A stretch of DNA of 64,000 nucleotides, from NCBI RefSeq assembly GCF_009914755.1, contig NC_060944.1; one strand, written 5' to 3'. Each line of letters opens with the position of its first letter. Position 1 is the first letter of the stretch. The notes below the pieces were generated by a model that did no database searches, was not told where the DNA came from, and saw only the letters and a program-made list of their open reading frames with translations. Positions 43,800 to 59,889 of the stretch are shown here, piece by piece. A program made the position numbers and the translations under genes. The DNA comes from the human T2T-CHM13v2.0 reference genome, Homo sapiens.

Positions 43800-44059
43800 T
43801 GACATGTCCTGTCCTCTTCCCCCTGCCCCATTCCACTCTTTCCCCTCGTGTGCTTATTGTGGGGAAGTACGATACTATAAAGTACTTCACCTTATGACAG
43901 CAATACAGCAGCTAAGGCCCCGGCCATTCTCATTTTTTACCTCGAGCATTAAAGGCATAGAGAAGCTATGTGGTTGCACAGCCTCAGACCACAGTCCTTG
44001 GTCCTTGTCCCACACAGAACTTTGTTGGTGTTTTTCTTGAAAGAGGATGAAAAGGGTGT

Positions 44060-44461
<402 letters not shown>

Positions 44462-44696
44462 TCATCCATTTAAAAAGGTTATTGGTTGCTAAATAATAAT
44501 GGTAACATCTCACATTTATGACCCACTTTTCATTTACATAAAAAAGATGACGACTGAAAATTGACTGTTGGATTTAGCTCTGTGGAACTCATGATGAACC
44601 TGACAAGAGGTTTTGGTAAAGCAGTGGGGGTTTTAGCCTGATTGAAGAGGGCTGGAAGGGAACTGGAGACAGCAAGTATAGACAACTGGTTTGAGG

Positions 44697-45038
44697 GTTT
44701 CTTTTCTTTTCTTTTCTTTCTTTCTTTTTCTGAGACAGGGTCTTACTCTGTCACCCAGGCTGGGGTGCAGTGGTGTGATCATAGTTCACTACAGCTGCAA
44801 ACTCCTGGGCTCAAGTGATCTCTTGCCTCAGCCTTCCCACTGGCTGGGACCATCATGAGCACTGCCATGCACTAAAAGTTAGGCGCACCACCATGCCCAG
44901 CTAACTTTTGTATTTTTTTGTAAAGACAGGGTCTCACTATGCTGCCCAGGCTGGTCTCAAACTCCTGGGCTCAAGTGATCCTCTTCCCTTGGCCTCCCAC
45001 AGTGCTGGGATTACAGGTGTAAGTCACCATGGCCAGCC
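44697..45038 (-). mobile_element. AluJ with a ~28-nt internal insertion
   Basis: Extra tcatgagcactgccatgcactaaaagtt between gggacca and aggcgcaccacc. Confidence 0.8.
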
Positions 45039-45431
45039 ACATCTGAGATTCTATGCTGCAAAAATAAGAAGTGAGATGGGGAGCTTTAGAGGAATGTAGG
45101 GTCAAGAGAGGGTTGTTTTAAGATGAAAAATATTTCAGCATGCTTGTAGGCTGATAGAAATGAATCGGTAAAGAGGGAAGCTGATGTTCCAGGAGAAAGA
45201 AGAAGATTGCTGGAGCGATGCTGGTGAGTAGTAGAGGGGCTGGAAATGCCCAGGCAGAGGGGTTGGGGTTGGATGGGCACAGGCACAGTTCATCAATGCC
45301 CAGTATACCGGCAGAGATGCAGACAGGAAGGTAGACTAGATGGCCGCACGTGGACGTTCCCTTCTTACTGTTTCTGTGTTCTTGCTGACATGGAAGACAA
45401 GCTGTCAGAGAGGAAAAGGTAGAGAGAATGA

Positions 45432-45777
<346 letters not shown>

Positions 45778-46298
45778 CTCCTAGCAGGCAGTCTTACGGA
45801 TTATGAATTTAAAACATGACCAGTCAGTAAGCATGGTTACGCTCTTTTTGTTTTTTCTTCAGCCCTGTAGGGCTGCCGGGGTGCAGGTGGAAAGTAGGGT
45901 ATAACCACGGTTGGTTGGGGTTTTACAAGGCAAAAATCGATGAAATGAGAGAAGACTACCCGAGGGTGTAATCAAAGGAGCAGTCCTAATACGATGAGCC
46001 GGTATTCTTTGAATGAATGAATACATGGTTAAAGGCAGGTGATAAAGGCGATATGGTTGGCCATGCCAAAGCACTGAGAGCCTAGGAGCAGCGTGGCCAG
46101 AGTCTCCGGGAGTCGGCACCTGCCTCTCCTCGTTGTCTAGGCCTGACTGTCCCTGGCCTTGCACGGCCGCGCAGCGGGGCGACCGGCAGTGGGCGCGCTG
46201 GGATGGCCAGGAGCTCGGCTCTCCCCGCTCTGTCCCTGCTCTGCGGCCCGCCTCGCCCCTGCAAGTTTAAATTCCTCTTAGCAAGCCCAGCATCGCAG

Positions 46299-46442
46299 CC
46301 AATAACGCATCAGGGGGCGGAGCCGTAGAGGCTTGCGCCCCGCCTCGCTCCGCTATTGGAAGGAAAGCAGCCAATGGGAGAGCCGAGGCGGGGAGGTGCG
46401 GCCAATGGCGCGGGCCTGTTTGATTCAAAGGTTGCCTATAAA
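46299..46442 (+). promoter_or_regulatory. FAM83D: FAM83D core promoter: CCAAT boxes (46299, 46355 reverse, 46371, 46402), GC box (46315), CHR TTTGAA on - strand (46424-46429), TATAAA (46437-46442)
   Basis: Motifs read directly. NF-Y plus CHR is the established architecture of DREAM/MMB-FOXM1 G2/M genes. The TATA position predicts a TSS near 46467-46470. Confidence 0.8.
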
Positions 46443-46494
46443 GCGGGACTGCACGCCGGTTTTTGTCCGAGGGCTGTCGAGTCCGAGCGCCGCC

Positions 46495-46977
46495 ATGGCT
46501 CTGCTGTCCGAGGGCCTGGACGAGCTGCCCGCCGCCTGCCTGTCGCCGTGCGGGCCGCCCAACCCGACCGAGCTGTTCAGCGAGTCACGGCGCCTGGCTC
46601 TGGAGGAGCTGGTGGCGGGCGGCCCCGAAGCCTTCGCGGCCTTCCTGCGACGCGAGCGCCTGGCTCGTTTCCTGAACCCCGATGAGGTGCACGCCATTCT
46701 GCGCGCGGCGGAGAGGCCGGGAGAGGAGGGCGCGGCGGCGGCGGCGGCGGCCGAGGACTCGTTCGGCTCCTCGCACGACTGCTCTTCGGGCACCTACTTC
46801 CCCGAGCAGTCGGACCTGGAGCCACCGCTGTTGGAGCTTGGCTGGCCCGCCTTCTACCAGGGCGCCTACCGCGGCGCCACGCGTGTCGAGACGCACTTCC
46901 AGCCCCGCGGCGCTGGCGAAGGTGGCCCCTACGGCTGCAAGGACGCTCTGCGCCAGCAGCTCCGCTCGGCGCGAGAG
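46495..46977 (+). CDS. FAM83D: FAM83D (CHICA) coding exon 1, 161 aa, N-terminal part of DUF1669
   Basis: Strong Kozak gccgccATGG. Translation [18 protein letters not shown]...[14 protein letters not shown]...[10 protein letters not shown]...PLLELGWP...RSARE carries FAM83 family motifs; donor GAG|GTGAGC. Confidence 0.96.
46732..46752 (+). repeat. FAM83D: (GCG)6GCC polyalanine tract (A7) in FAM83D exon 1
   Basis: ggc gcg gcg gcg gcg gcg gcg gcc gag read directly. Confidence 0.9.
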
Positions 46978-47535
46978 GTGAGCGGCCCTCCAGGGCCCTG
47001 GGTCGCACGGGAGACCCCCTTCAAGAATGGGAAATTGAGGCCTGCTGGGAGTACGGGCCGGGGCCACTACCTCCTCTGCGCCCTACCGGAAGCGCGCGCG
47101 GGCTAGGTGGTCCCAGGGTCTCCGACTCACACCCCACTCTGCGTGTCTCCCCCGGATCCCCCGGGCCGCTCCTCGTGGCAGGGGATAGTGGGAAAGCCTC
47201 GGTTCCCAAGGATGCGAATTGTGCCCGGGTTCCATCTCCTAACGTTCATATCCCTGAAGGAGGGACCAGAAGTACTCTGAGTTCCAAATTTCAGTTAAAA
47301 TCAAACTTGGAAAATTGCCTATTTCCCTGTCTGTCAGCCAACGCTAGATCCCACTTTCAGGAGCTTCTTAGGAGACTCATTACCAAAGAACTTACGCAGG
47401 GAAAGTTCCAGAAAGATGGTCTCCAGAGACAACTACGGGGCATTAGGAAGCAATTATTATTGCTAATTACTTTCATGCATCTTATGCTGTAAAAAGCAGA
47501 TAAACACGAGAGTGGCAAAGTGAGAGCCCTGCCGC

Positions 47536-47848
47536 TTTTTCTTTCTTGTCTTTTTTTTTTTTTTTTTTTTTTGAGACAGATTCTCTTTTGCCCAGGCTGG
47601 AGTGAAGTGGTGGGATCTCAGTTCACTGCAACCTCCGTCCCCCGGGTTCAAGTGACTCTCCTGCCTCAGCCTCCCAAGTAGCTGGGATTACCGGTGCCCG
47701 CCACCACGCCCGGCTAATTTTTGTATTTTTAGTAGAGACGGGGTTTCTCCATGTTGGCCAAGCTGGTCTCGAACTCCTGACCTCAGGTGATCCACCCGCC
47801 TCGGCCTCCCAAAGTGCTAGGATTACAGGCGTGAGCCACCGCACCCGG
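47536..47848 (-). mobile_element. AluSx-like (TSD ccctgccgcttttt)
   Basis: Antisense dimer in FAM83D intron 1. Confidence 0.9.
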
Positions 47849-48948
47849 CCCCCTGCCGCTTTTTCTACTGCCAGAGACTGGAGGGGAAACTGGGGCAAGG
47901 GGTTTGTTTTCCATAGGCTGGGTCTGTGCCAGATTGCAGTGGTCTCCTAAAATGCAGATACATTTGCATTAGATCGGCTTCTGTATTCATAGTGGGTTTT
48001 GGTCCTACTGTCTGACTCTTAGTATGGCATGGTCATGGGTGCAATGGAGGTCTTGTCTGCTTGCCAGCCTCGATAAAGCTGCAGCAGGGTGCTGGGGATC
48101 AAGGAGGAAGAAGGCAGCCTGCAGGTGGGTGTGGCACATAGAGTGTCGTGGCAGACACCTTGGTCTGGAGCCATGGTCAGGTTGCTTGCTGACTGGCAGT
48201 GCCCAGCTCCCTGGCTATCTGCCTGTGCCAGGGACATGGCAGATAAAGCCCCAGCCATGTTAAGACTTGTTAGGGCTGGTACCTGAGTGTGTCTGAGTGT
48301 GGGTGAAGATACCAGTGCATTGTCAGGTTGACATGTCCAAGCCCCGACTCTCACCAATGTTCTTAATGTTCTTTCCCTGACTGGTGGGGTTTCAGTGGTA
48401 GTGGATACAGTGACCTAGTGCCTTGCCTTTGAGGGAGTGGTTGTGGGCTGCAGCTAGGCTCTTACCAGCCCTGAGGTGCTTTGGGTGGACTGAGGGTTTT
48501 TTGATGCAGCAGACATTTTCCTTGCGGGTTCAGTGAAAAGATTAAAAAGATGGAAAAGGCAGACTTGTGTAGGTATGCATCCCCAAAGCTCATCTCCAGT
48601 AGAACTTGAGCACTTGGAACCTGAAAAATGTAAAGAACTGGTCTGTATAGTGAGAGCTGTGGATTGTTCTAGTCTTTTGCCCAGCCCCAAATTTTAGTGA
48701 TAGCAAAAGGGCACTGGAACTAGAGGCCAGAGGGAAACTATTAAACTCACGTGCTGGCGTGAGGAGGGGATGGAGCCAGGAGCTCAGACTCTCCCTCATC
48801 TCACGGGCATTTTGTAATACTGACATTTCCAGATAGAACCTGCTGCCCTAGTCTAGCTACCCACAGTTCCCTCCGAGATGCTGTATTTGGAACCTGGGCA
48901 GTTTTAACTGAGAAAGGTGGTACATTACCTTTAAATCCAATGAGTATT

Positions 48949-49296
<348 letters not shown>

Positions 49297-49682
49297 TTAC
49301 TCGTTGCCTGCTGTGTATCAGACACTACCATGGCTGGGGCCACAGGGGAAGGCATCATCCTTGCCAACACTTGAGAGTGGACAGTGTGCTGATGGGAAAC
49401 AGTGAGGAGTTTGCTGCAGGTACTGCGGAAAGGGCTAAAGAAAGAAAGTCTCCGGAGTGGCAGTGACCTCAGAGCTGGGTGGGGCTTGCCAGACCTAGGG
49501 TATGGGGGCTGGCCCACAAGTGTTTAAGGACCTGGAATGTTTGGGGGCAGCCAAATTCCCCACAGCGGGTTAGTGGTAGGAGAGGAAGCTGGGGTAAGGG
49601 ATGCTGAAATGAGTTGGGTTTGAGACAGTGCTGAATTTGAGGTCCCAAAGACAATCTCTTTTGTTTAAAAAAAAAAAAGAAA

Positions 49683-49861
49683 GCCAGGCCATGGTATCAT
49701 GCGCCTGTAGTCCCAGCTACTCAGGAGGCTGAGGCAGGAGGATCATTTGAGCCCAGGAGTTTGAGGCTGTAGTACACTATGACTACGCTGTGAATGGCTA
49801 CTGCACTCCAGCCTGGGCAACACGGGGAGACCCTGTCTCTTTAAAAAAAAAAAAAAAAAAA
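49683..49861 (+). mobile_element. Alu monomer (FAM/FRAM-like)
   Basis: Single unit containing tgtgaatggctactgcactccagcc (7SL-like). Confidence 0.8.
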
Positions 49862-50458
49862 GTAATGCTTTCTGTTTGCCAGGCACTGTTCTAGGTGATC
49901 CCAAGGAAGGTGCGATTATCATCTTCATTTTACAGCTGATAGAACTGAGGCATAGAGAAGTTAAGTGGCCCCGAAGTCATGCAGCTAGAGAATGAAGGAG
50001 CCTGTACTCAAATTGAGGCACAGAATGTCTGAACCACTGTTAACCACCACACTCCCTGTGGAGGGTTCAGGAGCCTGTGCTCAGGTGGGGAGAGGTGACA
50101 GCAGATCTGGTGGCTAGCTAAGAGCTACTACTATTTATGGGCATGCATTGTGGACAAGGGAGTGGCTGTGTCACCTTGACCACATCCTTTGAAATCTAGT
50201 ACCTGTGACAGCGAGGACCATGAAGGTGTAGGTCTCAGGCTGCTTTCAGGATGAAATGAGAAGCTGTTCTGCATCCGTGTTCTGATAGCAAAGGTACCTA
50301 ATGGTGATATGATTGAGCACTTTGAATGGGTCAGTTTCTGTGCTAAACCCTTGACCTGAATTACCTCATTTAACCCTCCCAACACTGGGAGGAGGCTACA
50401 ATTAAGAAAAGACCAGGCACAGAGAAGTTAAGTAACTTGCCTGAGATCACACAGTTAG

Positions 50459-51121
<663 letters not shown>

Positions 51122-52088
51122 ACTGAAGCCCACACTCCTAATCCCTGCTGCATACAGCCTCCCTGCCATGAGGAAGGATTGGAGCTTTGGTAGTTTTCAA
51201 CAGGCTGAAGGTTTGTAACAGTTGAAGATTGGGACTTTTTAATTTCCATGTTGCGTATTCTATAAACAGGAAAATGACAATGACTAGACCTGTCCTTTTC
51301 AGGAAGAAAACGAGGTGGTCAGTTTTTAGAGTAGGAGGCATTAAGGCTGGCAGAGAACCTCCTCAACCCATCAAGTGGGGAAGGTGGTTCATGATGCCAG
51401 GAGAACATAGGTCTCTGAGTTTAGGTTTTGTAAACTAGAGTGTGTTTTCCTCTCCCTGGGAAAGATAGAGCCAGATAGATGTTTCTGGTACCTGGAGCAG
51501 AGGGATCTGTGAGAATCTTTTGGTGGGTGAATGAAGGAACTTTGAATGCCACATGAAGGGTCCCACTTAACCCCAGAGGTTGGGGCCAGGCTGCAGTAGA
51601 GCACGGTCGAACCTCAGTGTTCGCTCCATGCAGCTTTATCTGCCTTCACTGAGGTGGTCTGAGGACCACCCTGCATCTTCAGGAATGTCTCTGGAAGGAG
51701 CCAGGATACGAGGCTCCTTGACCAGAGTATAGGCACAGGAAGCCAGGGTTACTTGGTAAATGGTAGGGCCTAATCCTGGCTTTGCAGCCTGAAGCGCTGG
51801 TTCTGGGATAGGTTTTATCCAGCAGCTCTCTGACCACACAGAATCACTCAGTGTGTCTGATACATAAAAGATGCTCAGTAAATACTGTAGGGGCCTATTA
51901 TGTGCACCTTTGCTCATTCAGCTACATGCTTTGAGGAGAAATAAAGGGCAGGGGGAAGGGAGCGGTAGATAGGAAGAAAAGTAGTTCAGGTGATTCTGTC
52001 TGCCTTTCCACTCAGCAAGTATTTGTCCCTGGGTGGCTGTGCCTGGGGTTTGTGAATCTGCCAGCCCCTTCCTTGACTCTTGTTTCTA

Positions 52089-52455
<367 letters not shown>

Positions 52456-53150
52456 ACAATTACGTATAGCATGGCTTGAATACAAGCTGGCTGCTTACCA
52501 GGTGCTCAGGCGAGCTTCACCAAAATTGGAGGAAATACTGTTTTGAACCTTTTGAGAACCCATATGTTTGTTTCCTAAGCAAGTTTTTGGATAATCTTGA
52601 ATTATACAGGATATTTTCCCTACATACTTGCTGTAGATCCACCCCTCCACCACTGTATCTGTTGATGACGCATTCAGCTTTTTGCCTCTGTTGCTGTGTG
52701 AACTGGGATTTGGCTGGGCTGTGGCCGCCTGCCTGGAAGGGCTACATAGCCTCATTTTGGCAATGTGCTTATGAATTGGCTGTCCGGCTATTCCTGGTTT
52801 GTTGAATGAGAGTTCAGAGGCAAAGCTGGTACCACCACGAGGTTCCAATTCCTCAGAGTCACGTTTCTTACCAGTGCCTATTCTCTTTTGTTCCAAAGAG
52901 GCCACTTTTGCTATGACCTCACCCTCGGGCATCCTCTTGATAACCTGAGCGTTAGTAGTGGGGATCATTGCGTTCCCAGAGAGCCCTGCCAGGAGGAGTA
53001 GCAGCTTAGGAATCTGTTGGGGGCCCCTGGCATTTACTTGGATGTATCTGAATGAAGGCTTTCCTGTTCTTGCACAACTTTCCTCTGCATTACAGTAGAG
53101 CCTGTGTGGTGTGATCAGTTTCTGTTCCAAATGCTCATGTCAGCCCCAAG

Positions 53151-53549
53151 CAGGGCTTCTCACCCTCAGCACTGTTGACCTTTTGGGTTGGATAATTCTT
53201 TGTCCTGAGGGGCTGTCTTGTACATTGTAGGACGTTGAGTAGCATCCATGGCCCCCATTCACTCGATGCCAATAGCATCCCTCACACCAGGTAGTCATGA
53301 TATTCAGTGTCTCCAGAGTGGGAAATAGTGAGTTACTGATGAATGGGCACAGAGTTTCTGTTTGGGGCTATGAAAAAGTTTTAGAAACAGATGGTAGTGA
53401 TGGTTGTGAATGTAATTATTGCCACTGAATTGTACACTTAAAAATTATTAAGATGGCAAACTTATCTATTTTACCACAATAAAAAAATGTCTCCAGACAT
53501 TGCTAAATGCCCTGTGGGGGCAAAATCGCCCTCCAGTTGTGAACCACTG
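53151..53549 (-). mobile_element. MER20 hAT element split by an L1M 3'-end fragment (53318-53487, +)
   Basis: cagggcttctcaccctcagcactgttgac...gataattctttg... | L1 | ...cattgctaaatg..gggggcaaaatcgcc...gaaccactg; TSD tgtctccaga. Confidence 0.85.
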
Positions 53550-53679
53550 GCCTAGAAGTTCTCACTAGTGCATCATTATGGGACATTACCCACTGGACTG
53601 AAGTGTTGCTACTATTTATCCCTTCCTTTTGATTTCATGTGTCAGGTTAAGGATTTTAGAATTTAGCCATTTCTCTTTA

Positions 53680-54205
<526 letters not shown>

Positions 54206-54370
54206 TCTGTCTGCCATTTCTTTATTCTTTTCCCTTAGCGTCTAGCAGACAGTAATGAAGCTGCAGAATTCTTCTCTGACTTCTTTATGGATAGAAGGTA
54301 TGTTACTTCAGGAAAAAAGCAAGCAAAACCCAAAAATGTAGTGGATATATTGGCTTAAAAAAATCTTGAA

Positions 54371-54567
<197 letters not shown>

Positions 54568-55481
54568 TTCTTGATGCAAATGATATAACCTCTGGAAGGG
54601 AATTTGGCAATATCTAGCAAAATTTCAGTTATATTTACCCATTGATCTACCACTTCCACTTCTCTGTATCTTGATATATTGGCAAAAATATGAATAGTTG
54701 TAGACAATAGGCCATGCGTTGCAACACTAATTATAATAGCAAAACACAGGAAAGAGTTCAGGTGTTCGTCAGTAGAGGATGAGTTCATCATTGTGAATGA
54801 ACCGATTCGTCTCTGCAGTGGAACATCCTGTAGCTCTAAGAAGGAATGAGGACTAGCTCTGATATGCGGTATCTAGAATGGTACTGACCAGTGTAGTAGC
54901 CATATGAGGCTATTAAAATTTATATGGATTAAAATTAAATAAAGATTCAGTTCTGTCATCTTGGAAGGTTCTATTGGGCCACGCTAGTCTAGAACAATGT
55001 GTAGTATTCCATGCTACCTTTTACCTATAGGGGGATATAAGCACATATACATAGTTATATACATAATACACATGTTTATATAAAACAAATATGTTTATAT
55101 ACACCTGTGTATACTTGTTTATATTGAAAAAATGGAAGAATATACAAAAAACTATTGGAAATATTATCTCAATGGGGAGGAGGGACAAGGATGGAAACTA
55201 AGTATCTTTGAAAGTACCTTGTTTTGTAAATTGGATTTTGGAACTAGGCAAATGTTTTACATACTTATAAAATAAAAACAATTCAAAATGATAAGCCCTC
55301 CTCCCCCTACCCCCTAACTTCTTGGTGCTTTTCCCTCCCCTTTGAAAAGCCCACCTGCTTGTGTACTTCATGCTGGAATAGTACAGAGTACTGAATAGTG
55401 GTCAGTCCCTCCAGAGATCAGTGAAAACTTTGCTCCTGCCACCCTCTGGTGGCCCTGCCAGCACTTTCATCTAATACTTAA

Positions 55482-55798
<317 letters not shown>

Positions 55799-57603
55799 TA
55801 AATTGTTAATTTGATAATAGCCTCTGAAACAGAGGGAGAACAGTGCACACAAGCAAGTTTAGGTTTCGCTGTGGGAATTTACATTCTTTTTTGTTTTTAA
55901 ACCCCAAAGATGTCAAGATAGTTACTTAAAGGTTTTTGACAAAATCCCAAGGAGATTATTTCTGTTCTATTAAAACATGTAATACATGGAGAGAAAATAT
56001 ATCTTTTGCTTTTTTAGCAAGAGGGTCCTGAGAGAGTTAGGAGAGGAAGTGAAGGGTCAATGGAGGCCATGTGGTCAGCTGGGAGAATGCAGCAGCCAGG
56101 ATGTTATTGACCACAGCACAGGCTGACATTGAGTGGGTGCAGATCTTTGGTGGAATTCCAAGCATGTTGCACACCTGACCTCACTTTATGACTCTGGGAG
56201 GGAAGGGAGGGAAACTGAGGTGCAGTGAGAAGGGGTGATCGGTACGAACTTCCTCCTTCACACAGAGGAAGAAGAGCTAGAATGAGAACTGGAATGACTG
56301 GCCCTGAGGGGCCTGTTGGGGCTGCACATGTGCCTGGTCAGAGCCTAGACCTGCCCATTGAGTGTGTATGAATCACTGACTTCGCAGAGCTGGAAGGGTT
56401 CCTTGTTTCAAGGACACCGAGACTCAGATGGAATGGCTTGTCCAGGGATAGTGACGGAATCGGGACTAAGAATATGAGTAGCTGCCATTTAAGGGCTTTC
56501 CATATGCCAGGAACTGCCAGCAAACACTATGAGATAGGTACTGTCAATCATCCGTGGTGAGCTTGAGCCCATGCACTTCATGGGCTACGCCACTGATCCT
56601 TTAGTGTTTGTTCTAAGCTTCCAGTCATGTGAAAAACTGCCCATTAAACTTGGTTGGAATGATATAAAATACTGAGTATAGTACTTTTTTTAGATGGCTC
56701 CGGAGTCACAGAGACCTGGGTTGAAATTCCAGCCCTTGTACTTGCTTAAGTTTGTCACCTTGAACAAGCTACCTAACCTCTCCAAGCTTTGGCTTTCTCA
56801 TCTATAAATTGGGGATGACAGGTAATGGGGTTTTGAAATTTCTAGATAGCACTTTTGAGCTTTTGTGCAAGAAGGCAAGCAGAAAAGAGTTCAGTTCTAT
56901 GTGGCAAGTAACATAAACAGGGTCTGTGACCTTCCCAGAGACCAAGAAGGCCATCATGACGTCTGCTGTTCAACTACATAGGTTCCCAAGTCCCTTGGTA
57001 CAAATCAGGAGGGGACAGGTAGAAGGACTGAGAGAGGTAGGCTTGTGATTTGTTACCTGAGATGATGATGTGAGAGTGGACACACATGCAGCTGCTCCAG
57101 ATATGGCTGGAGAAGTGCAGGAACAGTGGGGTCCTGGTCAGCAGGCCGGCCATTATGCCCCTGACCAGCTGGATGCGTCCTCCTCACGTCTCCTGTTGTA
57201 ACTGACTTGCACTGAGTTGCAAATTGCAAATGGGTGTTGACCCTGGAAGGGACTCTTGAAAGTCACCACTCTCACGACTTTCTAGTCCTTAGAGAGTGGG
57301 TGGGCTCCATGCAGCACAGACTGGGAGAGTGCCATGACTGTGGGCACTTGATGTGCAAGGGCTGCCTGCCTTCCAGACATGCCATTGTCCTTCGCACATT
57401 ATTGCTCCAGGAGTGGGAGCAGTGGCCAAATACACATCAGGTGTATTTCTGGACCCACAGGCTGCAGCAAGAGCACCGGATACCTAGGAGTTGCATCCTG
57501 GCTTGGAAAGCAGGACTCGGCCGGTTAGTGGATGAGTCCAGGTCATTGCTCAGCTCAGTGAAGAGAGTGTCCCTTCAGTCTAGCCCCAGGTCTACTTCAG
57601 CTA

Positions 57604-58036
<433 letters not shown>

Positions 58037-59363
58037 TTAAGAGTCCTGCTTTAGTAAGAAAGGAGTGGATGCTGGGTGTAGGGGAAGTCAGGGGAAGAAA
58101 AAAACCTCCATCAACCCTACGCACCCTGATGGTGTTAAGGACTAGCGTTCAAATCCAACGCACAGGAAAGGGTGAGGCTTTAAAACCAAACAATGGAACA
58201 AATAGCAAATTAGGTATTTACTCACCATATAACAAAGGTGTTGCACAATTGTTTTGTTAAGTGGTGAATCAAAATTCAGCTTGGCCGTGCCTTGTGCTGT
58301 GGGCCCCCAGGCCCATGCCCCTGCCTCCAGCAGGTCTCTAATCCAGCAGCTGGGCTGGGTTTTTCTGATCTCTGTTCCAGTAGCACTGAGGGAACGTGTC
58401 CTTTGGCCCGTCACACTCTGTTACCCCTGGCTTGTCTCCTGTCTCATTAGACTGCGTTCTTGAGGACAGGGATTGACACTAGATCCTCAGTGCTCAACAC
58501 CTGCCTGCCTCGATTGGGTCCACAATGAAGATTTGAAAGAAGAGTGGGAAATCAGAGAGGCAAGCAGGTGTGTGCATTTTCCTCTTTAGCTTTCTCCTGT
58601 GAGCTCTACTCTCATTTGTACACCTGCATATTCCAAACCTCTTTTTGAAGGTTTTACTGCCACCTCAAAATCCGTTTCGAAGCTCACCCCTCACTCTTGC
58701 TTCTTGTCTTGTGTTTCCTGTTTCCTTGTATCTGAATATCCCTCTCCCTGTCATCCTCAGCCCATGTCGCCCACTGCTCGGCTCTCCCATGATCTCCTTC
58801 CCTCTTCTGCAACCCTCATTGCTTCTGCCGTGCTACTGATTTGTCTTCATCTGGTCTCTAGTCCTCCTAAACATTTATTGAAGTTGCTTAACCTAAAGAA
58901 TATCCACGTGACTGCTGTGTTGCAGGTCCTGTGTTGGAGGAGGTGGGCCCAGATCTCTGACCTATACCAATCTCTTCTGGCATCAGTTTCTTCCATCCTG
59001 TTGGATTCTTCACTTCGAACTCATTACTCTTATACAGGCAATGTGGGGAAGATTGAAACTGATTCCTTGGTTGGCATTCAGGGCCTTCTGTGATCTTGCT
59101 CATTCATCCGTCTTTTCCAGTCATGTCCCGTGGCTCCCTTTCATGCATGCTGTACGTTCCAGCCAGACTGGTACATACCCCGTCATGCCCTACCTCTTCC
59201 TCTGTTATCATGTGGCTTCCTGCGGGAATGCCTTCTCCTCCCTTCACTTCTCCCATGCCCTTGTCCAAATTTTGTCCTTGTGCTTCAGCTCAAATGCCAT
59301 CTCCTCCAGGAAGCCTTCCCTGCTCTTATCTGGTAAGCATTTGAGTACCTATAGTGCCCATAG

Positions 59364-59701
<338 letters not shown>

Positions 59702-59889
59702 CCCCTTAGTTTAATTGCTTAGGCTGTATATATCATTTTGCCTCTCTGCATCCTGTGTCCTCTCCTTGAGGTAAGTTGGGTCTATGTCAAATTCCTCATA
59801 GCCATCTTTCTGCCTAGTGCAGTGTGCAGCCCACAGCGTGCTCTGAGGAGGTGCTGGCTGCATAATAGCACCTGTTTCCTGCCTTGCCC

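Larger units (their letters stand above)
46100..47180. promoter_or_regulatory. FAM83D: CpG island over the FAM83D promoter and exon 1
   Basis: Very high GC and CpG density compared with the flanks (judged by eye). Confidence 0.9.

Noticed and set aside
46333-47106. 257-aa ORF as the FAM83D CDS, plus overlapping antisense ORFs
   Set aside because: It starts at TTG upstream of the promoter and reads through the exon 1 donor; the overlapping ORFs reflect stop-poor CpG-island DNA.
52495-53130. 211-aa antisense ORF in non-repeat DNA of FAM83D intron 1
   Set aside because: It starts at TTG and has no recognisable domain. A rough estimate ((61/64)^211 times ~6000 stop-to-stop intervals, about 0.2) makes one such ORF compatible with chance.
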